The position numbers were made by a program, and so were the translations under genes. DNA of 64,000 nt from a virus, in IMG/VR virus record IMGVR_UViG_3300045391_004297, positions 13,037 to 77,036 of that record; one strand, written 5' to 3'. Below the pieces are notes generated by a model. It made no database searches. It was not told where the DNA came from and saw nothing but the letters and a program-made list of their open reading frames with translations. Numbering within the stretch: position 1 is the first letter of the stretch; each line of letters starts with the position of its first letter. Positions 38,105-46,887 of the stretch are shown here, in pieces.

Positions 38105-38578
38105 TTACGGAAGCATGGAGTTCGAGCTGCTCTTCACGGTGGTGCCATCCGCCTTGCGGTAGCCGGTCACCTTGAATCGATCCGGAAGCTCACGCTTGGC
38201 CTTCGTGTCGTAGCCCGCCAGCAACTTACGACCAATAACCACGAGTGACTTGCCCAGCAGTTCCTCATCGTCGGGCAGCTCCATCTCACCAGGCGTCACT
38301 TCGTAGCCCAACGCCTTGAGCAGCATAGCCAACGAGGAAAGCGTACCTTCCTTATCGGTTTCGAAGAGCATCACATTGGAGAAGACACTGTTGCCAGCGT
38401 ACTTACCATCTTGCACCGTGAAGCGAAGATTCCAGAACGGCTTGCCCTCGTTCACGCCGCCCGGCTTCACCGTGGCGGTCTTCACATCGGTGATGTTACA
38501 CAGGTAGGAGCCACTCGGAATAATTTCCCGAGCAGTCGATTCCGCTTCACTTTGGGTGAAGTTAACCTTGAGACCCAT
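38105..38578 (-). CDS. ssDNA-binding protein (DUF669-like)
   Basis: IP.G.Y...ITDV, RFTV.DGKYAG..VF; adjacent to Sak4-like ATPase. Confidence 0.75.
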   Translation of the reverse strand: MGLKVNFTQSEAESTAREIIPSGSYLCNITDVKTATVKPGGVNEGKPFWNLRFTVQDGKYAGNSVFSNVMLFETDKEGTLSSLAMLLKALGYEVTPGEMELPDDEELLGKSLVVIGRKLLAGYDTKAKRELPDRFKVTGYRKADGTTVKSSSNSMLP

Positions 38579-39320
38579 GATTCTCCCTGTTCTTGGTTAG
38601 CTCATTCCAGATCTTTTCCATCGTTGGATCTTCCATGGTCTGTGGAAGATTGTTCGATCTGTCTTTCGCTACAGTATCCTCTGTTTGACTGCACAACAGA
38701 ACGCGTTTGTTCTCGCCGTCGATCTCCTTTGCGTAGAGGTAGACCACAATATCCAGGAAACCACTGACCTCATCGGCCAGCTTCCCCGAAAGGGAAGGCT
38801 TCCGTTTCATTGCGCCTGTACGCTGGTTTTTATCGGTTTTCACAAGGGCGGTGAATATCGTGTTCATTGGGAGGTCACGGAAGGCCCGGACGAATTTACG
38901 TGTTTGTTCGAGGTTAATGTTCCATTCACGCAAGCCTGGGACTTCAGCACTACGCTCTTCATATTCTTGAATGAGCTTGAGCATAATGCTGTCCATTGAC
39001 ATCTTTTGTACTTCAGTCAGAGAATCAACAATCAGGGTCGTAAAGTCATGTTTGCCATCAAAGAGGGCTTCGTAGACTTTTTGCATGTCTTGCCATGACT
39101 TGACCCGGACGGTCTCGACTTCCGGATAGATGTCCCGAAGGGTGAGCGTACCACCCTCCACGTCGATGAGCAAGGTGCGCCGCATCTGAGGTACGGCATC
39201 GGCTGAACCAGCTAGTCGAGTTTTACCAATCCCAGATTCGCCATAAACAAGCATGTTGACTCTGGGTTCAGCTTGACTTACCCGATAGATTGGAAGTTCA
39301 GCGATTTTGGGTAGACTCAT
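38562..39320 (-). CDS. Sak4-like (AAA_24) ATPase/recombinase
   Basis: YGESGIGKT, LIDVEGG, IVDSLTE. Confidence 0.85.
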   Translation of the reverse strand: MSLPKIAELPIYRVSQAEPRVNMLVYGESGIGKTRLAGSADAVPQMRRTLLIDVEGGTLTLRDIYPEVETVRVKSWQDMQKVYEALFDGKHDFTTLIVDSLTEVQKMSMDSIMLKLIQEYEERSAEVPGLREWNINLEQTRKFVRAFRDLPMNTIFTALVKTDKNQRTGAMKRKPSLSGKLADEVSGFLDIVVYLYAKEIDGENKRVLLCSQTEDTVAKDRSNNLPQTMEDPTMEKIWNELTKNRENHGSQG

Positions 39321-39374
39321 CTAGACTCCGAATTTATCAGGATTTCAAGGCACAATTATCCTAAGGTAATTTGG

Positions 39375-39403
39375 AGTCTACTCATACCGGAAGGCGCCGT
39401 CAA
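39375..39403 (-). promoter_or_regulatory. SigA/sigma70-type promoter for recombination-replication genes
   Basis: TTGACG-17 nt-TAGACT on minus strand. Confidence 0.75.
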
Positions 39404-39490
39404 GGTCAAGCCATGGCGACAATTCGGACATCAATCAGTGTTTATGTTCGCAGCCCAGTCGCTGATTCGACCACGCTGCGTGAGGCCAAT

Positions 39491-39943
39491 TCATCGAGCA
39501 CGTGACGGGCGAGTATCCCGTAGGCGCGCGATAGTTTGCTCATCACACTCTTGGCAAATTTTCAGCTCGACATCAGCAATTGCTGCCCACATGGTGGCCT
39601 GGTCAATATACCACCGGTTGTCTGCGACGTTGGCCTTGAACTGCAAGTCCTCCAGGCCCAACTTGTCGATGACCACTTGCGAGTTACTGTCCAGGACATT
39701 GCGTCGACCATTGAGAATTTCGCGAGTCACCCGTTCTCGGGTAGCGTCCCGAGCTGCATATGCCTTATCGCGGGACTGGTCCGCGAGGCGGGCATAATGG
39801 CGCATCCATCGAATGGCAGTGACTGCCTCAGAGGTCAGCTTCATCCTGGGTGAACTGCCGCAGATCGTACTCGCCCATCCAGTCACACAGGGCGATGAAG
39901 TTGTCCAGGTGCAGTCGCTTGGGCTCGATGCCTTCGACCTCAT
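39491..39943 (-). CDS. hypothetical protein (true start probably internal)
   Basis: helical C-terminal ~100 aa; N-terminus overlaps HTH gene. Confidence 0.5.
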   Translation of the reverse strand: MRSKASSPSDCTWTTSSPCVTGWASTICGSSPRMKLTSEAVTAIRWMRHYARLADQSRDKAYAARDATRERVTREILNGRRNVLDSNSQVVIDKLGLEDLQFKANVADNRWYIDQATMWAAIADVELKICQECDEQTIARLRDTRPSRAR

Positions 39944-40079
39944 AGGACCGAACCATGGTGGCCAGGCTCGACGGTGAGATGCCCGCGCGGGTAGCCACCT
40001 TGTTCCAGGTCAGCCGACGCTGGCGACGCACTGAGTCGAGCTTCTTGTAGAAAGCTGCAAAATCGATTATTCGTGCCAT
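39828..40079 (-). CDS. XRE-type HTH protein
   Basis: LTWNKVATRAGISPSSL. Confidence 0.75.
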   Translation of the reverse strand: MARIIDFAAFYKKLDSVRRQRRLTWNKVATRAGISPSSLATMVRSYEVEGIEPKRLHLDNFIALCDWMGEYDLRQFTQDEADL

Positions 40080-40080
40080 T

Positions 40081-40386
40081 TTAATCTTCCTCGATGATGT
40101 ACTTGGATATGTCAGTTTTGTTCATTGCGGTCATCAATCGGGCCAGCGTGTGGACGGTCACGTCATTGATCTTACCGCTGACCATTTTCGACATCGACGT
40201 CGGTGCCACGCCAATGCGGATACACGCCCGAAAGCGAGAAATCCGCCGACGCTTGCAATCGGCTACGAAGTCGGCGATGAGGGCTTCGGTGTCGAATCGG
40301 ATTTGTCGCTGGTGTCGTCCTTCGGCCGAATCACTTCGGACGCTTCGTTCAACACCAGAGCCATTGCTGAGCGCAGATCGTTCCAT
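40081..40386 (-). CDS. XRE-type HTH protein (start uncertain)
   Basis: ISRFRACIRIGVAPTSMSKM; resembles neighbour. Confidence 0.65.
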   Translation of the reverse strand: MERSALSNGSGVERSVRSDSAEGRHQRQIRFDTEALIADFVADCKRRRISRFRACIRIGVAPTSMSKMVSGKINDVTVHTLARLMTAMNKTDISKYIIEED

Positions 40387-40413
40387 GCCTTCTTCAGCTC
40401 CGCTTTTTCTTTG

Positions 40414-40686
40414 TCATCCAGCATCTTTATCTCCTGCAATTGGAAAGTGATTGGACATTGACCCGCTCGGTGGGACTTTGCCTGCTGAAGTACCGACGCC
40501 AATGAGCGTCAGGATATCGGTCAGCGTCATGTCCCGCTTACACATGGTGCACACCAGCTTTTCGGTACCATCGGCAAGGTTGCGCAACAGCGTATACATC
40601 GCGCCGACGCCGAGAACTTTGGTTTGTGGATCGTGAATTTTTGCATCGCAGATGTATTGGCGATAGGTGACTTCCCTAATGGCCAT
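40414..40686 (-). CDS. Zn-ribbon-like hypothetical protein
   Basis: YICD...CTMC. Confidence 0.5.
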   Translation of the reverse strand: MAIREVTYRQYICDAKIHDPQTKVLGVGAMYTLLRNLADGTEKLVCTMCKRDMTLTDILTLIGVGTSAGKVPPSGSMSNHFPIAGDKDAG

Positions 40687-40876
40687 ACGGTTCGGTCTCC
40701 CATTGGTAGACCCACAGCGTGTTTGCTGGGTTGAGTTGATAGGTTGGTGTCTCGTTGACGAGTTTGACCTTCTTGCCTTTGGCAAGTCGTTTGATGCCCC
40801 GTAGAATCTTCTCCTGCTCGTCTTCGCTGAGTTCGTTCCAGGGGCGCAGATGTCCGGCTTCAAGGATGTACATCAT
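40676..40876 (-). CDS. hypothetical protein
   Basis: coupled to exonuclease. Confidence 0.55.
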   Translation of the reverse strand: MMYILEAGHLRPWNELSEDEQEKILRGIKRLAKGKKVKLVNETPTYQLNPANTLWVYQWETEPYGH

Positions 40877-42103
40877 TTAATTCGCTGACTTTTCGGTAGA
40901 GGGTTGCTCGTCGTAGTAGTTTCGTTCCTTCTTTTCAAAGAGACTATCGAGTGTGTATTGGTAATCTTCCCCCTGATTCTTACCAATACAAGGCTGACGG
41001 TACAGACATGTTTGGCACGAAAAACGTCCAGGCTGCGGGTAGATCTTTGGTTGACCAATAATATCCGACGCTTCCAGAAAGATATTACGGCCCACTTCCG
41101 CACATTCGTGATCGTTCTTATGGATCTGGTGGCGTTGGTGGAATTTGGGTCCCTCGCGTTTGAGCCAACCGAGGTAGTCATCGTAGCAACCTTCAGCGTA
41201 GGCCAGGGCGTCATGTTCGGCGACGAAGCGTCGGTAGATTTCTGGGGTTGTCATCAGGGTTTTACTGGTGCTGAACCGTCGGCCTTTGTACAACCGGGTA
41301 AGCTCATCGGGTGTTGTAGGATATGCTTTCTTAATTTCAACGTAAACGAATCCGACCACAGGCATGCCAAGCAGTCGCAACGCCCAAACGTAGCTGGCAA
41401 TCTGGTCGTCAAGTGTAAGAAACGAAGACTCGGAATCCTCGTCCATGATGCGGCTGGTGGTTTTCCAGTCATAGATCCACAGCCTACCCAAATCATCCTG
41501 GGCCAACATGTCCAGCCGTCCACCGTAGGTAACCGGCAGACCACTCCACCCAACGTAACCACGTTGCCAATTTTTCGGTTCGCCTTTGGGATCGTGATGG
41601 CGCATCCATTTGCGCCAACACTCATCACACGTACAGCGCAGTACTTCACCAGTGTCCGGATTGGTGATCGGGATTTCGAAGGGGACCTCAACCTCAATGG
41701 GCGTGAAGCCCACATCGGTAATTGGGGAAACCTGTTCGGTGTAGTACCGAAGCATGTTCAACCCGAGCTTGATGCGGTCTCGGTATTCGTCGAGAATGAC
41801 GGTTTCTGGTTCGCCGTTGAGTTTGGTGTAGTTGCGTAGTTGCTCTTCGCAGACATTCTTGAACCGCACCAAGGCCAAACCCTGCTTGACAATATTGTCC
41901 TGGTGCCAAGTCCGTGGATCGTAGTAGTACTCCATGGCAGCGTGAAATGCTACCCCGAATTCTAGCGGTGCTGGGGTTACTCGCGGGTAGTACTTGTCGA
42001 TGTAGGCCCAGTGCCAACGTCGACGACAGGAGCGGAACGATTTACGAACGGAGGTGTGCAAACTATGGACAAGTTTCGCGTCGATGTACTCTTGGATATC
42101 CAC
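40877..42103 (-). CDS. Cas4/RecB-like PD-(D/E)xK exonuclease
   Basis: SCRRRW, G.AFHAA.E, GRLD...IYDWKT, Q..SY, CQTCLYRQPC. Confidence 0.9.
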   Translation of the reverse strand: MDIQEYIDAKLVHSLHTSVRKSFRSCRRRWHWAYIDKYYPRVTPAPLEFGVAFHAAMEYYYDPRTWHQDNIVKQGLALVRFKNVCEEQLRNYTKLNGEPETVILDEYRDRIKLGLNMLRYYTEQVSPITDVGFTPIEVEVPFEIPITNPDTGEVLRCTCDECWRKWMRHHDPKGEPKNWQRGYVGWSGLPVTYGGRLDMLAQDDLGRLWIYDWKTTSRIMDEDSESSFLTLDDQIASYVWALRLLGMPVVGFVYVEIKKAYPTTPDELTRLYKGRRFSTSKTLMTTPEIYRRFVAEHDALAYAEGCYDDYLGWLKREGPKFHQRHQIHKNDHECAEVGRNIFLEASDIIGQPKIYPQPGRFSCQTCLYRQPCIGKNQGEDYQYTLDSLFEKKERNYYDEQPSTEKSAN

Positions 42104-42143
42104 AGTATTCTGTCCACCCCAACAATCAGGAAGAAGTCGGCCA

Positions 42144-42344
42144 TTAATTTACCTCAAGCATAGCTGTTAACTTCTGATCGAGGTAGTCATAATATCGATT
42201 CTCAAGTTCTTCGTGATCTACGGAGTTTTCGTACTCTTCTTCCTGGACAAGCATTGCTTGGTACTTATTCGCTTCGATGTCGAGTACGATGAGCTTGACA
42301 TCTTTCGAGGACAGCGTCGTGAGTCGGTACCTCTTGCGCGTCAT
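42144..42344 (-). CDS. hypothetical protein
   Basis: GAGGA RBS, coupled. Confidence 0.6.
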   Translation of the reverse strand: MTRKRYRLTTLSSKDVKLIVLDIEANKYQAMLVQEEEYENSVDHEELENRYYDYLDQKLTAMLEVN

Positions 42345-42562
42345 CAGTCCTCTTCCAGGTACCCCTGGTCGATCATCTTCCAGTATAACGCATAAACCTC
42401 GTCGCGGTTGAACCGCGCATGCCCACCCTCAGTCGAGGTCACATTCACGCCGTGCCGAGCGAACTTGTCATCTTTGACCCATCGCTCAATGGTGCGTTGA
42501 TTCACCCGAAAGATCTCAGCAACCCGCTCAGTAGTGAGCACCGTGTCATCAGACTGGGACAT
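42344..42562 (-). CDS. MerR/Xis-like HTH protein
   Basis: LTTERVAEIFRVNQRTIERW...T.GGHARF. Confidence 0.85.
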   Translation of the reverse strand: MSQSDDTVLTTERVAEIFRVNQRTIERWVKDDKFARHGVNVTSTEGGHARFNRDEVYALYWKMIDQGYLEED

Positions 42563-42764
42563 CGATGATCTCCCAAGTGGCGGTTTTGGTCGGGAGATTG
42601 TAACAAAGCTCCCCGAGTGAGATCTTATCAGCTTCGTAATCCGCCTTATCGACTTCGAGTGCAGCTTCGATAGTGGTGACGTTATTTGCTGCATAGCAGT
42701 TCTCGGCATAATCCGGTTCGTAATCGTAGACGATCGTCTCGACCACCCGAATCCGTTTGGGCAT
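42549..42764 (-). CDS. hypothetical protein
   Basis: GGGGAG RBS. Confidence 0.6.
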   Translation of the reverse strand: MPKRIRVVETIVYDYEPDYAENCYAANNVTTIEAALEVDKADYEADKISLGELCYNLPTKTATWEIIDVPV

Positions 42765-42912
42765 CTAGTCTCCCCTTGGTCATTGAGGTACCTTCCAAAT
42801 TCCGGTTTTCCACTTTTCGTCAAGTTTGGCAGATTTGCTGGCGAGCTGACAGCCAATATGGTTACGCAAGATAGGAATGAATCGGGTGAAATGTAGGAGT
42901 GCGCAGAGCAGA

Positions 42913-43182
42913 CTAAGGCTCCAGACGATGAACTTCTTCAGGAACATCTCGCAGCTCCTTGAATGTTTCAAAGATTACTTGGACAGTTTCGCACATACCG
43001 ACCTTGCCACATCCGCGACAGTACGAACTAAACGTACCCTTATCGTTTGGTACCAAGGTAAAGGAGTGTAGTCGCAGTACCGCCGTGAGTACTTTCTCGA
43101 ATTTACACTTCGGCGCAGCCTGGCGAAGACGGTAATCTTCATACAGCTCACGCGCCCATTCCGGAAACTCAGAGTTCGTCAC
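42913..43182 (-). CDS. hypothetical protein
   Basis: VLRLH...CRGC....CETV actinophage motif. Confidence 0.55.
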   Translation of the reverse strand: MTNSEFPEWARELYEDYRLRQAAPKCKFEKVLTAVLRLHSFTLVPNDKGTFSSYCRGCGKVGMCETVQVIFETFKELRDVPEEVHRLEP

Positions 43183-43300
43183 AACTACATACCGGCTTCT
43201 TACACTGGGGATCGAAGCGACAACCAGGTGCCTTTAGACCAAAGCACACCTGACAATAATCCCCGGGCACGTGTTCGTGTTTTTGAGTGTCAGTATTCAT
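43169..43300 (-). CDS. small Cys-rich protein
   Basis: CQVC, C, C, CSC; overlaps helicase stop. Confidence 0.4.
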   Translation of the reverse strand: MNTDTQKHEHVPGDYCQVCFGLKAPGCRFDPQCKKPVCSCDEL

Positions 43301-44834
43301 TCCAGTCTTCATCGTCATAGTCGTAGTTGACTTCTTCAGTACCATCTTCGATGTCCACATCGTCACCGATTAACTTCCTGATCCACGACCACTTCAGGTT
43401 GATTTTTTGGATTCGCTTTGCGTCGATGGTTCCTCGGGAAATGATGTCGATGATGTGGACCGCATTCTTCTGCCCGATCCGGTGGCATCGGTCCTCGGCT
43501 TGCTCATTGAGCGAAGCAGACCACGATCGATCAATGAAGACCACAGTGCTCGACGCCGTGAGGGTGATGCCGACGCCACCTGCCGCAATAGTACCAGCAA
43601 AGACTTGTAATCCGCCGCCTTGGAATTGCTCGATGATTCGGGCTCGTTCGTCCGGCGGTGTCGCCCCGATGAAGATGCCACTTGGAATCCCCTCTCTTTC
43701 CAAGCGCTTGGCCAACAACTTGATTACCTGTGAGAACTGGCTAAAGACGACAATCTGCTGCGGTGTGGAGCGTATGATCTCCATGACCGCATCGAGCTTG
43801 CTCGATGGTTCAGTCAGTCGGACTTCCAGGTATTCAACTTCTTTGAAGAAGAACTCGGGGTATTCTCCGTTTTCGTCGGCCTTGAGGTGTCCTGCTTGAA
43901 TCGCCTCGTACATGTTCTCCGAGGTGACCTTGATCTTCTTGCGCTTGCGGATCATTTCGGCTTCGCCGTAGGAGTCCGAGAACTGTTGCAAGCGGGTGAG
44001 CTGAGCAACAATCGCCGGGGCTGGCACGGCTTCGTCTTCATGCTCGCCAATGTAGGCCAGCATGTCTTTTTTCATTTGGTCGTAGATGCGCTTTTGCTTG
44101 GGGTCGAGATCGACAACTCTCTCCGAACGATACTTCTCTGGAAGATCCTGAAGGACATCTTCCTTACGCCGCCGGATGTAGAAGCCGCGCATCTCATCTT
44201 GGAGTTTCTCAACATTACGAACTCCACAGACCACCCGGTAACCGTCTTCATCCACGTACATGACGTGTTCGTTGTAGTACTTCCAGTAAGATTGCCAGTA
44301 TGTCGGATATAGCCAGTTAAGGATTGACCAAAGATCATCCGGTTTATCGAACGCGGGGGTACCAGATAGCCCCGTCTTATAAAAAGTATCGAGTTGTTTG
44401 AAGGCTTCAGTCTGCTTCGCCTTACGGTTCTGCAACGCATGACATTCATCTCCAATGATATGATACCACTGGATGTCGCGCAACTCCGGCATAAGCCGGA
44501 CTGCTTGCCAGTGCATCACGAACACGTCGGCTTCATCAGCGTACATGTCGTAGATGAAGTGCTTGCGATTTTTTGGGTTCAGGGTAGTGACCCGCAGGTC
44601 GGTTTGCCGCTTGAACTCTTTTTCCCAGGAGGAGAAAATTCCAAGATACGTAACGACGAGTGTTTTTGGATTTTTCCGAATGTTCGGTTGCTTGATCCGA
44701 CGACGCCGATCCAGCTCGACGGCTTGCAGGGTTTTACCCAAACCCATTTGGTCGCCGAGCAAGACCGAGCGTTTGTCGATGAAGTAATCGACTGAATATT
44801 TCTGGAATTCAAAGAGTTCAAGCGGCTGGGTCAT
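43290..44834 (-). CDS. SNF2-family helicase
   Basis: GDQMGLGKT, IGDECH, LSGTP, VVFSQF, QAEDRCHRIGQ. Confidence 0.95.
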   Translation of the reverse strand: MTQPLELFEFQKYSVDYFIDKRSVLLGDQMGLGKTLQAVELDRRRRIKQPNIRKNPKTLVVTYLGIFSSWEKEFKRQTDLRVTTLNPKNRKHFIYDMYADEADVFVMHWQAVRLMPELRDIQWYHIIGDECHALQNRKAKQTEAFKQLDTFYKTGLSGTPAFDKPDDLWSILNWLYPTYWQSYWKYYNEHVMYVDEDGYRVVCGVRNVEKLQDEMRGFYIRRRKEDVLQDLPEKYRSERVVDLDPKQKRIYDQMKKDMLAYIGEHEDEAVPAPAIVAQLTRLQQFSDSYGEAEMIRKRKKIKVTSENMYEAIQAGHLKADENGEYPEFFFKEVEYLEVRLTEPSSKLDAVMEIIRSTPQQIVVFSQFSQVIKLLAKRLEREGIPSGIFIGATPPDERARIIEQFQGGGLQVFAGTIAAGGVGITLTASSTVVFIDRSWSASLNEQAEDRCHRIGQKNAVHIIDIISRGTIDAKRIQKINLKWSWIRKLIGDDVDIEDGTEEVNYDYDDEDWNEY

Positions 44835-44837
44835 AGG

Positions 44838-45152
44838 CTATGCCCCGAGCTTCATCTTAGCGATGATCTCCGGATCGTCTTTGCGATGCCGCGGAGCGTC
44901 TGGATCACCATCACCGTGATTACGTCGCCACACTTGCCAATCGCTAGCAAGATCTCGAATATCGGCCACATATTCGGGGTCCATACCAAGTCGCTCGGCT
45001 TCATCTGCATAGGCGTTCAATGCAACTGGAGCCGCAGGATCAGCCGCACCCATCACGAGATAAGGCCAATCTGGTACAGTGCCGTCACGGCGCAACACCA
45101 AATATTTGCCACCTTCGAATCCTGGGGTCTTACTGAACAATCGTGACATCAT
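44838..45152 (-). CDS. conserved hypothetical protein
   Basis: GKYLVLRRDG..P...V.GA.DP.AP.AL.AYA. Confidence 0.65.
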   Translation of the reverse strand: MMSRLFSKTPGFEGGKYLVLRRDGTVPDWPYLVMGAADPAAPVALNAYADEAERLGMDPEYVADIRDLASDWQVWRRNHGDGDPDAPRHRKDDPEIIAKMKLGA

Positions 45153-45433
45153 CGCCCCCGTTGCATCGAACGGGCCACATCGGCGTCAATCGCAGCGCGT
45201 ACTTCCTCAGTACGGTCAGCAATCGGGCGGTACTGCTTGCGGTGTGGGCGAACCTCGGGAAGTGTGCCGTCCGGGTTCACGTCGAACACCCACTCCGTGC
45301 TAAACCACGGGCAGCGTTCGTTTTCGCAGCGGGCCGAATATGACTTACCGTCACGTCGAGCTTCTACGAGCTTGACGCTTCCGAGTTGTTCGCACTTGGG
45401 GCAGCGTCGTCTTGTATCGAAGCTGGTGTCCAA
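45149..45433 (-). CDS. Zn-ribbon protein
   Basis: CPKC ... C.NERC. Confidence 0.65.
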   Translation of the reverse strand: MDTSFDTRRRCPKCEQLGSVKLVEARRDGKSYSARCENERCPWFSTEWVFDVNPDGTLPEVRPHRKQYRPIADRTEEVRAAIDADVARSMQRGR

Positions 45434-45711
45434 ACCTCATCACCCTCACGGTAGGCACATACGTGGAGGATTCGCCCACCGAAGGCGACAGTATCCACGT
45501 ATTCAAAGTGATACGGAATCGTTTCGCCGGGTTCATAGGTTCGGATGATGTGCACGGTTTCAGGCACGTTTTCGTCATGATGCGCGAATAACAGGATGCT
45601 GACGTCGAAGTTGGTTGAGTACGCGAGTGCCTTCAGGATCGGACCGCGCAGATGAACGATGGTCTCTTCGTCGTCCTGGTTAATCACGACGTGTCGAATT
45701 GCTCTGCCCAC
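45364..45711 (-). CDS. hypothetical protein (DUF7352-like)
   Basis: GPIL...G..IP....YVDTV......HV. Confidence 0.55.
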   Translation of the reverse strand: MGRAIRHVVINQDDEETIVHLRGPILKALAYSTNFDVSILLFAHHDENVPETVHIIRTYEPGETIPYHFEYVDTVAFGGRILHVCAYREGDEVWTPASIQDDAAPSANNSEASSS

Positions 45712-46132
45712 GTTCTAGCATCTCCACTCGATGTTTGAGTTTTTCTACTTCGCGAACCAACCGATTGATCCGGTCATTTTCGCGTTGTGCTTTGGTGATC
45801 GGAACCATCCGACCGGTGATGAAGTTACGCTCATGCTGCTGCTGCCACAACTCTTCGTCGGGTGCACCACTGAGCAGATAGACCGAATGATTATGTCGAC
45901 TGCCCCGCATCAGCAGGGTGAGGCAGTCCATGGTAATGAGATGACCAATTTCGGCATGGACGGTACCGATGGAAAGTTCCAGGGCTTGGGCAATGTCGAT
46001 CAGCCGTCCGCGCCAGATATCGATGGTAACTGGTGGATGTCCAGGGCCAAGGTATTCGTGTGCCCAAACCTTCTCGTGGCCCTTGTCCATGAATGCATAG
46101 ATGGCGCTGATTCGCTGGAAGCGATCAATCAT
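45680..46132 (-). CDS. winged-HTH-like protein
   Basis: LIDIAQALELSIGTV..EIGHL. Confidence 0.6.
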   Translation of the reverse strand: MIDRFQRISAIYAFMDKGHEKVWAHEYLGPGHPPVTIDIWRGRLIDIAQALELSIGTVHAEIGHLITMDCLTLLMRGSRHNHSVYLLSGAPDEELWQQQHERNFITGRMVPITKAQRENDRINRLVREVEKLKHRVEMLERGQSNSTRRD

Positions 46133-46325
46133 TTGGCTTCTTTACGCTTCTACCCCATACGATGTAGTACAAGGTAGTTCGTGGGATACCGGTAAGCTCG
46201 GCTAACTCCACCATTGTTCGCTGTTTCTTCAGCAGTGGAATAAGCTCTCGAAGCGTGGCTTTTGCTGACTCATAGTCACGCCATTTTTCCCCGGCCTGGC
46301 GAAGTGCCACCTCCCGATCGTCCAT
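46125..46325 (-). CDS. small HTH protein
   Basis: TMVELAELTGIPRTTLY. Confidence 0.7.
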   Translation of the reverse strand: MDDREVALRQAGEKWRDYESAKATLRELIPLLKKQRTMVELAELTGIPRTTLYYIVWGRSVKKPND

Positions 46326-46380
46326 TGGGTCTCCTCGTGGCTGTCGATATCCGACAGTCTAGCAGGAGCAAGACCCGCGA

Positions 46381-46824
46381 TCAAGAGCGAGGATCAGCGT
46401 CGTAGTAATCGTCGGTGTAAGCGACGCCATACAGTTGGTTACCCGTTGTGGTTTCATCAATGGGTTCACCACACGCGCATACGGTCTTGCCGAAATTCTC
46501 ACCGATGCGATTGTGCACATGCGAAGGTTTGTGTTGGTGAAGTTCTTCCTTGCGTTGCGGACGGACGCGCTTGACCAAGGTTTCCGGGTGTTCCATCGCA
46601 TGTTGGATACGCTCTTGTACTTCCGGCGGTATTGCAGGTGGTGCCTTTTCGCCGTAGTAACACGGAAAGCAGGTCGCGGCCTGGATCTTGTTGTCTTCGT
46701 CCCAGTGCAAATGCATACCACGTTGCTCGGCCGAATCGAGGTGGTCTTGGTAGGACCAGCCACACTGGGAGCACCGAAGCATTCGTATTGCCTGTTCCAG
46801 CTCTTCGTCAGTTGCCATGATCAA
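46381..46824 (-). CDS. hypothetical Cys/His protein
   Basis: CSQC, CFPC, C.CG. Confidence 0.55.
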   Translation of the reverse strand: MIMATDEELEQAIRMLRCSQCGWSYQDHLDSAEQRGMHLHWDEDNKIQAATCFPCYYGEKAPPAIPPEVQERIQHAMEHPETLVKRVRPQRKEELHQHKPSHVHNRIGENFGKTVCACGEPIDETTTGNQLYGVAYTDDYYDADPRS

Positions 46825-46850
46825 CTCACTTTCCGTTACTTGAGACGAGC

Positions 46851-46881
46851 TTACCCCGGAAGCCAGTAACTTCCGGGGTAA
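46851..46881 (-). terminator. 12-bp perfect hairpin
   Basis: TTACCCCGGAAG-CCAGTAA-CTTCCGGGGTAA just after the 46888 stop. Confidence 0.7.
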
Positions 46882-46887
46882 ACATCG

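Noticed and set aside
40877-42103. Cas4-like nuclease as part of the Cas7-like system
   Set aside because: It sits in a standard Sak4-SSB-exonuclease recombination module 6 kb away, which is common in actinophages
42344-42562. Xis-like gene as evidence of lysogeny
   Set aside because: No integrase or attP seen in the window, and MerR-like HTH genes are common in lytic actinophages; the unseen remainder of the genome could change this
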